Source of the DNA: Stegostoma tigrinum
Taxonomy: Eukaryota
Direction: 5' to 3'
NCBI RefSeq assembly: GCF_030684315.1
Contig: NC_081368.1
Location: forward strand, 33,289,899-33,353,898
Length of the DNA: 64,000 nt
The notes beneath the pieces are model-generated. The model ran no database searches and was not told the DNA's origin. It saw nothing but the letters and a program-made list of their open reading frames with translations. Positions within the stretch are counted from its first letter, which is position 1. Each line of letters begins with the position of its first letter. Shown one piece after another: positions 24,246 through 36,475 of this stretch. The translations under genes were made by a program, and so were the position numbers.

Positions 24246-25704
24246 TTTGTGTCACATTGACAGCAGTCACCCCATATGCAGACACAAAAGGTGCAATACC
24301 CACCTTTAAAAAAATGACTTAAAATCTTTTGAAATTGAATATTCTTATGATTTAATTGCCTTTTTATTTACTTGTACAGAGTGGTATGTCGTTTGGAAGT
24401 TGCTATGAGAGGAATCCCATTGCTACTGTATCCACAATATAATGTGCAATCTTATTTTGCCTAAACCATTACTAACATTAATACATTTAAAAGGAGGTCG
24501 ACTCTGATCCCAAACAGATAAGATAACGCATAGTGAAAGTATCAACTGCAACCTGATAAGAGATTAATTAGGTGAGATAGTCTGGTTTAACCAGCAGTTG
24601 AGAGCTTTTTTCTGCTAACTTATTCTCACTGTTCCCTGATTGGACTAAGTCTTGTTGGACAAAGGATCTACTGGCATAAGGAATCTTTTGGAGGTTTTCA
24701 GTACCTCCTGAAGTCTTGAGGCACAGCCCACTTTAGTAATGCTGGGGCTACATGACAGTGCAGCAAGTCAGACAATGAAGGATGAGAATACCAGACACGT
24801 TTTTCCATCCCCGGCCCAGAAGTGAACGTCAAGGTCAACTCTGAACTGGCTGTCCCACTTGTGATCAACTTGCTCAGTACAGGCCAGAATTCAATGCAGA
24901 TATTCTTTAACCATTCTAGTCTAACCAGAGAAAATCCATCCTTGTAACTTATGGTCAACCACATGACCTGTTTTTACATTGACATTCATGCAAATCTTTA
25001 TGCAACTTCTTTAACAAGTTCAAATAGTTAGGCAAGAATGAATGAAGGGATTAGCTTTTGTTTTGCTAAGAACAATATTCTAATAGTTCTACTGCACTGT
25101 CATCCCAGTGACAAGCATACATTTGGGCTGACCAGCCTCAAAGAAAAGCTGAAACACAATCAAATGCTCTAAAACTTGCAAATATGCTAACCTTTTCACC
25201 CTTAGTTGATATTATAAACCTCATAACACAATTAACTATTGCACTATAAACAGAAAAGCAGTGATCTGGCTGAGAGATTAAGATCAAAATTCAGTGACAA
25301 TTACAATGCTATTGAAACTAAACATACAGCAATCCCAGGGATTCATCAGCGACCTACAGGATCTTACCCTTAGCCGTCAGACATTAAGTAGCTTGATACC
25401 TTCCCAACAAAGAACAATGTTGTTGCTATTGCGTTTATTTGGCATGTCGTTACTAGAGCTACCAACAAGATCTCACCGTCAGCATAAAACACTCCCTGCA
25501 GACAGGATCTAACTGCTGGTTATTTGATCCAAGTACACTCATTTGGATAAAGTCATGGAAGGTTCAACAGACAGCCAACCTGTCATTAATGTGGTCTGCT
25601 GTTAACTTTTTGTTGAAGGTACTGGTGACTACAGTGAAAGGTAATGAATAGGCCAGTCTGCATGGATCACCCAGTGTGTCCTACTCCCAGCGCCAGGATC
25701 CGTC

Positions 25705-26040
25705 ACTTACAGCCATTCCCAGGTTTCAGGCCTTGCCTAAACCCTGCTTCAGCTACTGAAGGCCGGATCAATACTCAACCCAGAGCCGCAGTTCACTCTG
25801 ACTGAGCCCCGCCACACTCATCCCTTGCTTTCATTACCGTTGCTATAGTTCCCATTCCCGGGGCCGCTTCCAGTCCTTCGGCCTCGACCAGGATCCGCTC
25901 CGCTCCCTGGCCACACCCACAATGTGACTGACACAAACCGGAGCCAATCAGCTTTCGGTCACGCCCGCTTGCCTGGCAGCCGGGAGGCGGGACTTCCGTG
26001 GAATTTCCAGTAGCATTTCCAGAGACGGTCAATAGGGGGC
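25705..26040 (-). promoter_or_regulatory. AMER1: CpG-island promoter and putative non-coding exon 1 of AMER1 (donor at 25710, exon ends 25711)
   Basis: The clearest CpG-rich non-TE patch in the window. CCAAT box (gagccaatca 25941-25950), GC box (gggaggcggg about 25982-25991), ETS-like acttccg. Minus-strand donor atggct|gtaagt. Implies an intron 1 of about 11.8 kb, matching the non-coding exon 1 plus one large exon layout of mammalian AMER1. No transcript evidence. Confidence 0.65.
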
Positions 26041-26069
26041 AGTCCCCATGGTTGGGTGAGACCAACTAA

Positions 26070-26825
26070 AACATGTGTTAATGAGGTATGAGACTCGGTC
26101 ATATTGGGGTAATGAGGTGTGAGATTGGGTCATAGAGGGGTAATGAAGAGTGAATTTGGGTTAAATGGGGAGCAACAAGGTGTGAAATGGTGTTAAATAG
26201 GGATACGAGGGAGTGAGTGCGTTATACAGGGGTAATAGGTAGTAATACCAGGGCAAATAGGGGTAAGAGGCAGTAAAACTGGGTAATGAAGTGTGAAATT
26301 GGGAGTGTTAGGATGTGAGACTGGATCAAATAGGGGATCGTGGGAGTTGAAATTGGGTCAAATAGGAGCAGTTAGGAATGAGGCTACAGTCCAAAGATGT
26401 GCAGGCTAGGTGGAATGACTGCCAAACTTCCCCAAGTGTCTTGGGATGTGCAGGTTAGGTGGATTGACAATGCCAAACTGCCCATAGTGTCTAGGGATGT
26501 GCAGGTTAGGTGGGTTTGGGGAATGAGTCTGGGTGGGATGTGCTGAGGTTTCATGTAGACTTGTTGGGCTGACAGGCCTCTTTCCACACTGTAGGAACTC
26601 TATGGATTGAAACAGGGGCAGCAGAGGAGTTAGACTGAATCAGACAGAAGCAATAGAGAGGCGTGATACTGGGCCAAAAAGGTGCAGGAATGAGACTAAG
26701 TCAAATAGGAAGCAATGGGGAGTGAAACTGGGTCAAATAAGAGCAATAGGGAGGGAGACTGGATCAAATTGGGGGAAATGGGGAGGGAGACTGGGTCAAA
26801 TAAGAACAATAGGGAGTGAGACTGA
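26070..26825. repeat. Degenerate 31-bp minisatellite interrupted by a SINE
   Basis: Units such as aatgaggtatgagactcggtcatattggggt and aatagggagggagactggatcaaattggggg recur with about 31-bp period at 26070-26385 and 26610-26825. Confidence 0.8.
26386..26605 (+). mobile_element. 5'-truncated HE1/V-SINE
   Basis: acagtccaaagatgtgcaggctaggtgga V-domain, internal gatgtgcaggttaggtgg repeats, CR1-like tail (gggctgacaggcctctttccacactgtaggaactctatg). Confidence 0.85.
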
Positions 26826-27282
26826 AATGTAGATACTTGAAATGTTCAAAGATTGGTAAGTCATTGATTACAGTTAAGAAATATAACAGGGAAGTGAGAA
26901 TAGAAATTGCAGAGGCTGTAATCTTCCCTAGCTTAGTTGAAGAATTGCAAATGTTGTACACTTATACAAAACAGTGCACAAAGATAAATGCAGCAACCAT
27001 GGGCCAGTCAGTTTAACCTTTTGTAAAGGAAAACCTTTTAAAAATAACATTTTTGAACCAATTAATGCTCACTTTGTTAAATATGAGTTAATTAAGGTAA
27101 GAAAGAAGTTAATTAAAGAAGTTGATATAAAAAAATCATGTTTAACCACCAGATCTGAGTTTTATTATGAAGCAAGAGAGAGGTTTGATGATGGTAATGC
27201 TGTTGATATGTTGTACATTGGCTTCCACAACCCGTTTGTTTAAAGGACTAAATAACAGATATTTCCTCTTCAACAATGATCA

Positions 27283-27445
27283 CAAAAACAAAGTTGCTGG
27301 AAAACATTCTGCGGAAGGGTGACTGGACCTGAAACATTAACTCTGTTTTTTTCCTTCACGGATGGTGCTAGACCCGCTGAGCTTTTCCAGCAACTTTTGT
27401 TTTTGTCCTGATTTACAGCATCTGTAGGTCTTTTGGTTTTTATTT
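27283..27445 (+). mobile_element. Short PLE-derived element with a 5' inverted segment and a variant hammerhead core
   Basis: caaaaacaaagttgctggaaaa (27283-27304) is the near reverse complement of ttttccagcaacttttgtttttg (27383-27405); core ctgcggaagggtgactggacctgaaacatt. Confidence 0.65.
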
Positions 27446-28223
27446 AGACATTTCCCCTTGTTACCCAGTCCAGAATGAAGGTGCCTACATTTAAAATCAG
27501 TGGTCGCTCTTTTAGAATGGAGATGAGGAAATTTTTCTCTCTCTCTCAAAAGATTAAGTGACATTGGAATTCTTCCTCAGAGGGCAATGGAGGTGAGGTT
27601 ATTTAATATTTTTAGGGTAAAGGTGGGAGCACACAAATCAAGTGTATATGGGATTGTGGAATTTGAAACACAATGAAATCAGCCATGAACTTATTGAATG
27701 GCAGAGCAGGCTCGAGAGGCTGAGTAGTTTACTTTTTCTCTAATTTCAGATGTTGATGAACAAGGTTAGAGCTCATGGAATAACACGAACAGTAGCAACA
27801 TAGATATGGAACTGGCTCAGTTTCAGACAAAAAAGGTGTATTAGTAAATAGTTACTTTTTAGACTAGAGGAAAATTTTTACTGGAGTTGCCTAGGATTAG
27901 TATTAGTATGACTGCTCTTCCTGATAAATTAAATGACCTATCTGTGGCATATAGGGTAAAATTTCAAAGTTTGTTGATGGGACAAATCTTGGAAGTATTG
28001 TCAACGACCAGGAGAATCATGTAAAATGTCAAAGGGATGTATGCAGGTCGGTGGAATGGGCAGATGAAATTTAATGCAGAGAAGTATGAACTGATTCATT
28101 TGGTAGGAAGAATGTGGAAAGTCATTGTAAAACAAGGGAACAATTTAAAAGAGCTGCAGGATCAGAGGCAGTGAGTGTATGTGTGCATGAATTGAAAGTG
28201 GTAGGACAGCAGTTTAAAAAAAG

Positions 28224-28522
28224 CACACACTTGCTTCAGAGATAGTAGGAACTGCCAACTCTGGACAATCTGAGATAACAAGGTGTAGAGCTGGATGAAT
28301 ACAGCAGGCCAAGCAGTGTCAGAGGAACAGGAAAGCTGACATTTCGGGTCTGGACCCTTCTTTGGAAACTTCTTCAGAAACGTCTTCGAGAAGAGTCCGA
28401 AGACCCCTCACTTTTCTGAAGAAGGGTCCAGACCCGAAACGTCAGCCTCCCTGTTCCTCTGATGCTGCCTGGCCTGCTGTGTTCATCCAGCTTTACACCT
28501 TGTTATCACACACTTGCTTCAG
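28224..28522. mobile_element. Palindromic non-autonomous PLE-derived element with two outward-facing hammerhead-like arms and a 16-bp TSD
   Basis: TSD cacacacttgcttcag at 28224-28239 and 28507-28522. Inverted arms about 28274-28362 and 28419-28507. Intact core on + at 28416-28443. Confidence 0.85.
28416..28443 (+). ncRNA. Minimal hammerhead ribozyme motif
   Basis: CTGAAGA-a-gggt-ccag-accc-GAAAC-GTC: conserved core, stem II and a loop-less self-complementary stem III. Stem I pairing is weak. Confidence 0.6.
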
Positions 28523-30679
28523 CTGCTTCATGATTAAATTATAAAGGAGCTTGGTTAGATCATACCTGGAGTATTATGTCCATTCTCATCTCCTTAACTC
28601 AGGAATGATACTGTTGCACAGAGCAAGTGCAACAAAGGTTGGCTGGACTTGTTCCTGAAATGGCAGAACTGTACTATAGACTGGGCAACTGGGCCGGTAT
28701 TCTCGAGAGTTTTGATAAATGAGAGACGATCTCATTGAAACTTACAATATTCTTAAGATAGATGGTGAGCCTAGAACCATGGGGCACATTTAAAAGAAGA
28801 GAATGTCATGGGAATTTTAGAGGGCAAGGGAGATTGGAGACCACCAGAGTCACAGAACTAAAGGCAAAGGGAGTGTAAATGGCTGAGAAAGGATGTTGTA
28901 TCCAGCATTGGGGGGGGAAGGGAAATAAATTTATACTTTATTGGAATAATTGCAGGTGCCATATCTCCAGTTCTTTACTTACATAAGCATGCCTACTGTT
29001 TATGATCATGCATTTCGAATTGTTAAACCCTGAAGTCAGCATGACATCAACCTTTGAAGTATAAAAAAATTTTTGATGTGCTTGAATTACATTCTCCCCA
29101 AGGTTGGTCATCAGCTTCCCAACCAGGTGCCCCCATTCCCCGTGTCAGAAGTGTAATTCCCAAAACTAAATGTAATATCCAAAGTATATGAACGATCAAC
29201 TATAGATTTGTAACAGTATTTTCGTAGGTGTGGTGTATCAGCAGCAGCTGATAGGTAGCATATGTATGTTGGATTGCAATTGAAGGAAGGGCACTGATGA
29301 ATCTTCCACCAACTGCTCTCATGTGAGTTAGAGAGAAATTGCTTGGATAGATTTAGCTGGAATGAATATATGTTTATGTTTCCCTGTGTGTTTTAACCAC
29401 AAGTGTTCCTGATGTGACATGCACCAACTCACATTCCTTCCAGTTTAGTAATCACGTACTGTCAGTAAGCTGAAGGGATTCACTTTGAAAGTGCTTTTCG
29501 TGTAAAGATAAAACTAGATTTTTAAAACTTGGTGCCAGGGCTTAAATATCAAAGTCCTCTTACTAGTAAAAAGAAGTTGTTTGAGATATTATTTCCTTTC
29601 CAAGAAGGACAGCTGACACCAAAACGTAGGACTCGTTTAATAAAAATCTAGATGCTGAGGGGAAAATTTGACTTGACATTTTGGAAGGACAAGGTTAGAA
29701 GGATCAAGCAATCTTTTTCACCTGATTATATTCATATAATTCAATTTCTTCACATCTTTCCTTTTGTATTAACTTAAGAAATTGGAGCAGGAATGAGCCA
29801 TTTATCCCTTCAAACCTGCTCCACCATTCAATAATATTGTGACTTATCTTATGCCTCAGCTCTACCTTGCCACACATTTCCTTAATTTCCTTGAAAGCCC
29901 AGTGTCTTACATTATGTACAGCTGCTGGACAGCAGACATCCCTTTATTACCATGACTAAGTGTTCCTTCTTCATGTGTGAGCTACAGTGTATTCAGAATT
30001 TTGTTATCCTGCTCTAATCAATGTTTTTATTTCAATTATTTGAGAGTACATAAAATGTAGCCATTCATTTAAAATTAGATTCCTCCAGAAAAATATTTGC
30101 TATAGTATATCTTGCTGTCAGTCGCCTCAAAGCTAACCACACTGATGGGCTAATGTTAGTAATCCAGCTGATTGATTATTTGGTGGAAGTTTAATATATC
30201 TGTATTCCATTCACTGTGTATATTAAACCACAGTTCAAACTTTTATGGTTTAGATTTACAGTTATGAAATGAGACTCAACAATTTAACATACCTGACTTG
30301 CATAATCTCATTGAAACCAAGTATTTTCATTGAAATTATCTTTTTAATGAAATGATAAATGCTACCACAGTGGCAATGTCAAAGGACTCTTAGTGGTATT
30401 GTAACCTCTGAAGAAAATAACAGCTTTGAAAACTTTGATTTTGTCATCATCTTCTAAAGTGATGATTCTGTTGCATTGCTCTACAGAGGAAAGCAGTGTT
30501 CAGCCCAAGTGTCTGTTCCTCATGAATAAACATAGACAGTAAGTGCAAACAGTAAATTTTTAATTCACTTGTGAAATTGTAGGCATTACTGGCTGGCCAG
30601 CATGTATTGCCCATCCCTAGCTGCCCTTAAGAAAGAGGTAGTGAGCTGCGTTCTTGAACTTTACAGATGGAGAGTGTAA

Positions 30680-31853
30680 AAATAAAATCCAGTACCAGGT
30701 CCAATGCTTAAACAAGGGGGACTACAATAGAATGAGGGAGGACTTGGCTAAAGTAGATTGGATACAAAGGCTTTGTGGGACAGTTGACAAGCAGTGGAGG
30801 ACTTTCAAAGCAATTTTTCAAAGTGCTCAGCAAAAGTATATTCCAGTGAAAAGGAAGGACTGTAAGAAAAAGGGTAATTTGTCATGGGTGTCTAAGGAAA
30901 TAGGGGACACTATCAAATTGAAAGGGAAGGCTTCCAAAGTGTCCAAAAACAGCATGAAACTAGAAGATTGGGAAAACTTTAAAGGTCAACAGAAAGCCAC
31001 AAAAAGAGCTATAAAAAAAATAGAAAATGAGAAAAAACTAGCACAGAATATAAAGACAGATAGCAAAAGTTTCTATAAATATATAAAACGGAAAAAAAAT
31101 GGCTAAAGTAAACATTGGCCCTTCAGAGGATGAGAAGGGGAATTTAGTTATGGGATATGATGAAATGGCCGAGGCATTGAACAGGTATTTTGTTATCGGT
31201 CTTCACAGTGGAGGACACTAATAACATGCCAGTAATTGACAAAGAGACGAAGATAGATGAGGACCTGGAAACAATAATTATTACGGAAGAGGTAGTGTTG
31301 GGCAAGCTAATGGAGCTAAGGATTGATAAGTCTCCTGGCCTTGATGGAATGCATCCCAGGAGACTAAAAGAGATGGCGGGAGGAATAGCAGATGCACTGG
31401 TGATAATTTTCCAAAATTTGCGTGTCTCTGGGGCAGTCCCAGCAGATTGGAAAACAGCAAATGTGATGCCACTGTTTAAAAAGGGAGGTAGACAAAAGAT
31501 GGAGAATTATAGACCGGTTAGCCTAACCAATGTAGTGGGGAAGATGCTGAGTCTGTTATCAAGGAAGAAATAGCAAGGCATCTCGATAGAAATTGTCCCG
31601 TTGGGCAGACACAGCAGGGGTACATGAAGCGCAGGTCATGCTTGACAAATCTTTTGGAATTCTATGAAGACATTACGAGCCCAGTGGACAATGGGGTCCC
31701 AGTGGATGTGGTGTACCTAGATTTCCAAAAGGCCTGCGACAAGGTGCCGCACAAGAGGCTGCTGCATAAGGTAAGGATGCATGGCGTTAGGGGTAATGTA
31801 TTAGCATGGATAGAGAATTGGTTGACTAACAGGACGTGAAGAGTGGGGATAAC
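30680..31853 (+). mobile_element. CR1 ORF2 internal fragment
   Basis: ORFs 30654-31106, 31190-31573 (KSPGLDGMHP, DWKTANVMPLFKKG, NYRPVSLT) and 31624-31839 (RSCLTNLLEF, DVVYLDFQKA). Confidence 0.92.
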
Positions 31854-31872
31854 TAAGTGATCACACAAACAA

Positions 31873-32015
31873 TTGATCAGTTCTCAGGAAGGGTCACCGG
31901 ATCCGAAACGTTAACTCTGTTCCTTCATAGATGCTGCCAGACCTGATGAGCTTTTCCAGCAACATTCTTTTTGTTCTTGATTTACAGCATCCGCAGTTCT
32001 TTCAGTTTTGATCAG
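31873..32015 (+). mobile_element. Short PLE-derived element with an 8-bp TSD and a variant hammerhead core
   Basis: TSD ttgatcag (31873-31880 and 32008-32015); core ctcaggaagggtcaccggatccgaaacgtt. Confidence 0.7.
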
Positions 32016-32084
32016 ATCTAATCTCTGCAGTCCTGCCACATTCAGTTGTGAATAGTAATTAGTCATTTCAGCTTCAAAACACCT

Positions 32085-33510
32085 TTGCAGAACATCCTCA
32101 AGGTAGTGTCCCAGGCCCGAACATGGTCAGCTGCTTATCAATAATATTCCCTCCATAATGAGGGAAAAAGTAAAGAATGTTCTCTGATGATTATGTGATG
32201 TCCAAATGGTTCCGACATTGTGAAGATATCATAGAACATAGAACAATACAGCACAGAACAGGCCCTTCAGCCATTGATATTGTGCCAACCTGTGAACTAA
32301 TCTAAGCCCATCCTCCTACACTATCCCATCGTCATCCTCATGCTTAGCCAAGAACTGTTTAAATGCCCCTAATGTGGCTGAATTAACTACATTGGCAGGC
32401 AGGGCATTCCATGCCCTTACCACTCTCTCAGTAAAGAACCTGCCTCTGACATCTGTCTTAAATCTATCGCCCCTCAATTTGCAGCCATGTCCCCTCATAC
32501 AAGCCGACATCATCATCCTAGGAAATAGACTCTCACTGTCCACCCTACCTAATCCTCTGATTGTCGTGTATGTCTCTATTAAATCCCCTCTTAGCCTTCT
32601 TCTCTCCAATGAGAACAGACCCAAGACCCTCAGCCTTTCTTCATAAGACCTTCACTCCAGACCAGTCAACATCCTGGTAAATCTCCTCTGCACCTTTTCC
32701 AATGCTTCCACATCCTTCCTGTAATGTGGCAACCAGAACAGTATGCAATATCCATGTTCAAGTGCAGCGAGGAGGACAATATTTAAGTTTGGGCTGAAAA
32801 GGGGAAAGCAACATTCACGCCACACAAATGTCAAGCAATGACCGTCTCCATCAAAAGACAATCTATCATCCCTTTTATGTTCAATAGTATTATGATCAAT
32901 GTACTCCCACAAAGAAAATCCTGAGGGTTACCCTTTACCAGAAATAGCCGTAATAAATATTGTGGCTGCAAGAGAGATCATGCACTTACTTCCTGACTCC
33001 CAAAGCCTGTCCACCAGGAGCAAGACACAAGTCAAGAGTGTGATGGAATACTCTCTACTTGCCCAGATGGATGTATCTCCAACAACATTAAAAAAACTTG
33101 ATACCATGCAGGTCAAAACAGACCCCTTGTTTGGCACCATATCCACAAATATTCACTTCCCTTCCCACCTTGGTTTCATATGTCAAAGATGCATTGGCAA
33201 AAATTCGCCTAGGGTCCTTATCAGCTTCTTCTATGCCCATGACCACCACTGTCTAGAAGGAGAAGGGAAGCAGTTACATGGGAGCACCGCCACCTCCAAG
33301 TTCTCTCACTCACCATTCTGACTTGGAAATATATCACCAACCCTTCAGTGTCAGTGTGGCAAAATTATGAAACTCCCTCTCTAACATCTTTATGGGTATA
33401 CCAAATGAACTGCAGCATTCAAGATAGCAATTCATGACAATCCACTCAAGAGCATCTAGGGATGGGTAATGAATGCTGGTCTAACCTGTGACACCCATGA
33501 ATGAATAAAA
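32085..33510 (+). mobile_element. Old L2/CR1-group LINE 3' half, interrupted by a younger CR1
   Basis: Remnants of QGSVLGP...FINDLP...MFADD at 32100-32190; ORF 32899-33321 has KTQVKSVMEYS; 3' end ggatgggtaatgaatgctgg...atgaatgaataaaaa. Confidence 0.65.
32230..32735 (-). mobile_element. Young CR1 3' end nested in the older LINE
   Basis: ORF 32316-32624 GLFSLERRRLRGDLIETY...RGRFFTERVVRAWNALP; reversed (catagaa)n tail at 32230. Confidence 0.92.
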
Positions 33511-33909
33511 ACTCCAAAGTGAACATGGGAAAATGGTGCAAAACCATGTATAATCGATGCTTCAGCCACTTCATAACAATGGCATATGACGGTGTCTTCA
33601 GGACTTGCCATATTTTTAAGAAGAGGAACCAAACAGAAACAATATTTCCCAAAAGAACTGAGGCAAAATCAAGGATGATGGCCATGGCCACTCTTACAAA
33701 TTTATAATGTGTTCAGTGGCCTTGTGGCAGTTTGCATGGCTGCTCTCTATACCCAGAAATGGCAATCTTTGACAAACATCTTCAACATACTAAGCATACC
33801 TGATCACTTTGCAGAGGTGGAATGCACCAATAAACATTATTAAGAGTATTAGAGAAAGAGTGATCAGAAACACATCCAAAAGGCAGGTTTTGAAAATCTT
33901 TTAGAGTAA

Positions 33910-34201
33910 CAAGTGAGTTCAAAGTGAGAGGAGGAAAGTTTAAGGGAGATATGCATGGAAAGTTCTTTACACCGAGGGTGGTGGGTGCCTGGAACGTGTT
34001 GCCAACGGAGGTGGTAGACGCAGACACGTTGCATCTTTTAAGATATATTTGGACAGGTACATGGATGGGCAGGGAGCAAATGGACACAGACCCTTAGAAA
34101 ATAGATGACAGGTTAGACAGAGGATCTCGATTGGCGCAGGCTTGGAGGGCCGAAGGGCCTGTTCCTGTGCTGTAATTTTCTTTGCTCTTTGTTCTTTGTT
34201 C
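33910..34201 (+). mobile_element. CR1 3' end
   Basis: gagggtggtgggtgcctggaacgtgttgcc (RVVGAWNVLP), gggccgaagggcctgttcctgtgctgta, (tctttgt)n tail. Confidence 0.85.
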
Positions 34202-35370
34202 TAACCGAAAAATTAATGCAGTTAGATTTATTAAGGGAGTTTTCACTATAGTTGAGACGATTGGAAGCCATGTCACTGAGTGACAGTGATCATGAATGGG
34301 TAGGTTGGAGGCTGAAGCTCCTTAGCATTTGAAGGTTATTAGTTCAGATTAGGATGTGAATTTTGAGTCAAATTCTAGAAGGAAAGAAGCAAATAAGAAT
34401 TGATAATATGGGGTTGATACAATATGGTTTTGAGAACAGAATATAATGCACCAAAGAATGTGGGTTTCAGAGATTTCCACGTTAGATTTTGGTGCAGTAA
34501 CTAATTAGAATGCATTACAAAATGTAATGATTCCGTTCTCTATGTGCCTGTTCCTGTTCCTCCCCCGCCTCACTCTGACTATCCATATTTAAGTCTGTTT
34601 AGGCATCGCCTTTACCCAATGGTCCTAGTGCAACTTTGACACTCTCCCTCTCCATGTCAACTTAAATTCATTCCTATTTCTCAGCCAATCTCTCTCCCAC
34701 TCAGTGTCAGATCTCTTTCCTCTCTCGAGCAAGCTATTACCTTGTCAGTTAATATTGTTCTGAGGCACTCTCAAATAAAAACGACACTTGAAAATAATTT
34801 TCTTGTCAAAACATGCCTTGGGAAAACGCTTTAATCTTTATGTCTTAGCTTGCTTAGAAATTATTTGGTAAAACAATCTCAACAAAATGTCCTACTTCCT
34901 ACAGACAAAGGAGGTGATTAAGCTATATGCCTGGGGCTTGACGAGTAAAGCGTGGGGATGAGCAATTAATCAAATGGGTTAGGTGGGAACGTGAAGAAGG
35001 CCAAAGCATGTAGGGTTGATTGGGAGGACAAGCAGAAATAAACATTAGTTTTTGGGGTTAGGACTGAAAGGCTGAGTCTGTGACTCATTCTGTGAAGTGA
35101 TACCTGTGCTGCATTCTACCTGCACCCAAATTGTAAATGTGCAACCAAAATAGGAAATGGCTGTCACCACACCCAGGGGATGGAGTGTTTTTCTCCTTTA
35201 AGGAAGGAGCCTCCACTTTTTGTCCAATGTGTGACTCTTTAAAGGGTACTAGCTTAAAACAGTCATCCACACATTATTGATGATAGATATCTGTTAATCT
35301 GTTATCAAGTCATTTGTATATGGATTTCATGCATTGATGTACTGTCTCAACTAAAAATCCTGGCCACAAT

Positions 35371-35534
35371 CAATCTTAACCAACAAAAAGCAAAATATTG
35401 TGAATGCTGGATATCTGAAATAACCCAAACTGCTGGAGAAATACAACACGTCTGGCAGCATCTGTGGAGAGAGAAACAGAGTTATGTTTTGAGTCCATGA
35501 CTCTTCTTCAGAAATGATCTAGCAATCTTAACCA
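35371..35534 (-). mobile_element. Short PLE-derived element with a 12-bp TSD and a mutated hammerhead core
   Basis: TSD caatcttaacca (35371-35382 and 35523-35534); minus strand ctgaagaagagtcatggactcaaaacat (GAAA changed to AAAA). Confidence 0.7.
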
Positions 35535-35845
35535 CATCATTAACAGTGTGGTTTGACATTTTGGAATGGCTCCACTCTGTAACAAAACATTGGACATAAC
35601 CTTTTGAAAAGGTGGCCACAGAAATAAATTGAGAAGACATCAGCTGAAAGATGTAAGTATCTATCTGTTTCCATTCTTTTTCATCTAGGTAAACCTGGTT
35701 TAAGACAGTTCTTTACATAAATTGCTTACTTGCTCTGACATATCCCTCAAATGTTGATAGTTGTGAGGAAGATTCACTTGCCGTTTGGTAGGTTGTTGTA
35801 ATAAATCCTGAAAATGTGTTTTGTTGAATGATTATCTGGCTGAAG

Positions 35846-36070
35846 TGGAGTCAGTTAACTCCATTGGTTGGATGGTTAGTTTGCAATGCATAAAAACAGT
35901 CTGGGTTCATTTCCCACACAGGTGCATGTTAACATTGGAGGACTTTCTCTTCCAACCTCTCTACTTGCTGAAGTCACGATAACCGTTAGGTTAAACCACC
36001 ACTAGTTATCTCTGTCCCTGTTGAGACTTAAACCCTCTGGTCCAGTAGGACTATGGCAACTTTACATTTA
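35846..36070 (+). mobile_element. Probable tRNA-derived SINE
   Basis: A-box-like tcagttaactccattggttgga, B-box-like gggttcatttccc, tail ggactatggcaactttacattt. Confidence 0.5.
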
Positions 36071-36168
36071 TTATCAAGCTAAAATATTAACCTTATTTAC
36101 CATTCACTGACACTGCCAGACCTGCTGATTATTTCTATATTTTGTTTAAATTTCAGATTTCTTGCATC

Positions 36169-36475
36169 AGTAGTACTGGGTGTGAGTTTGCTCGCTGAGC
36201 TGAAAGGTTAGTTTTCAGACGTTTCGTCACCATTCTAGGTAACATCATCAGTGAGCCTCCGACGAAGCACTGGTGTTATGTCCCGCTTTCTATTTATCTG
36301 GTTAGGTTTCCTTGGGTTGGTGATGTCATTCCCTGTTCTTTTTCTCAGGGGATGGTAGATTGGCGCTAATTCAATGTGTTTGTTGATGGAGTTCCAGTTG
36401 GAATGACATGCTTCTAGGAATTCTTGTGCATGTCTCTGTTTGGCTTGTCCTAGGATGGATGTGTTAGTAGTACTG
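36169..36475 (-). mobile_element. Penelope-like element 3' end (GIY-YIG C-terminus + pLTR), 10-bp TSD
   Basis: Minus strand encodes ILGQAKQRHAQEFLEA...INKHIEL, matching the copy at 47.6-47.9 kb. TSD agtagtactg at 36169-36178 and 36466-36475. Confidence 0.85.
36218..36251 (-). ncRNA. Minimal hammerhead ribozyme motif in a PLE pLTR
   Basis: CTGATGA-t-gttacc-tagaat-ggtgac-GAAAC-GTC, with a 6-bp stem II and 3 bp of stem I (tca/tga). Confidence 0.75.

Larger units (their letters stand above)
26860..28800 (+). mobile_element. Mosaic of old CR1 ORF2 fragments hosting younger inserts
   Basis: KSCLTT...DGNAVDMLYIGF (ORF 26974-27243), tttcaaagtttgttgatgggacaaa (FADDTK-like), catacctggagtattatgtcca (HLEYCVQ-like). 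Confidence 0.7.

Noticed and set aside
24250-25070. Possible LTR-like segment in AMER1 intron 1
   Set aside because: No second copy, TSD or clear termini could be identified by eye.
25793-26065. 90-aa ORF in the CpG island as a separate gene
   Set aside because: Begins at a non-ATG codon in GC-rich promoter sequence; at most its 3' part is a uORF.
26070-26825. CRISPR-like array
   Set aside because: Units are contiguous and degenerate with no unique spacers, and the DNA is eukaryotic; it is a minisatellite.
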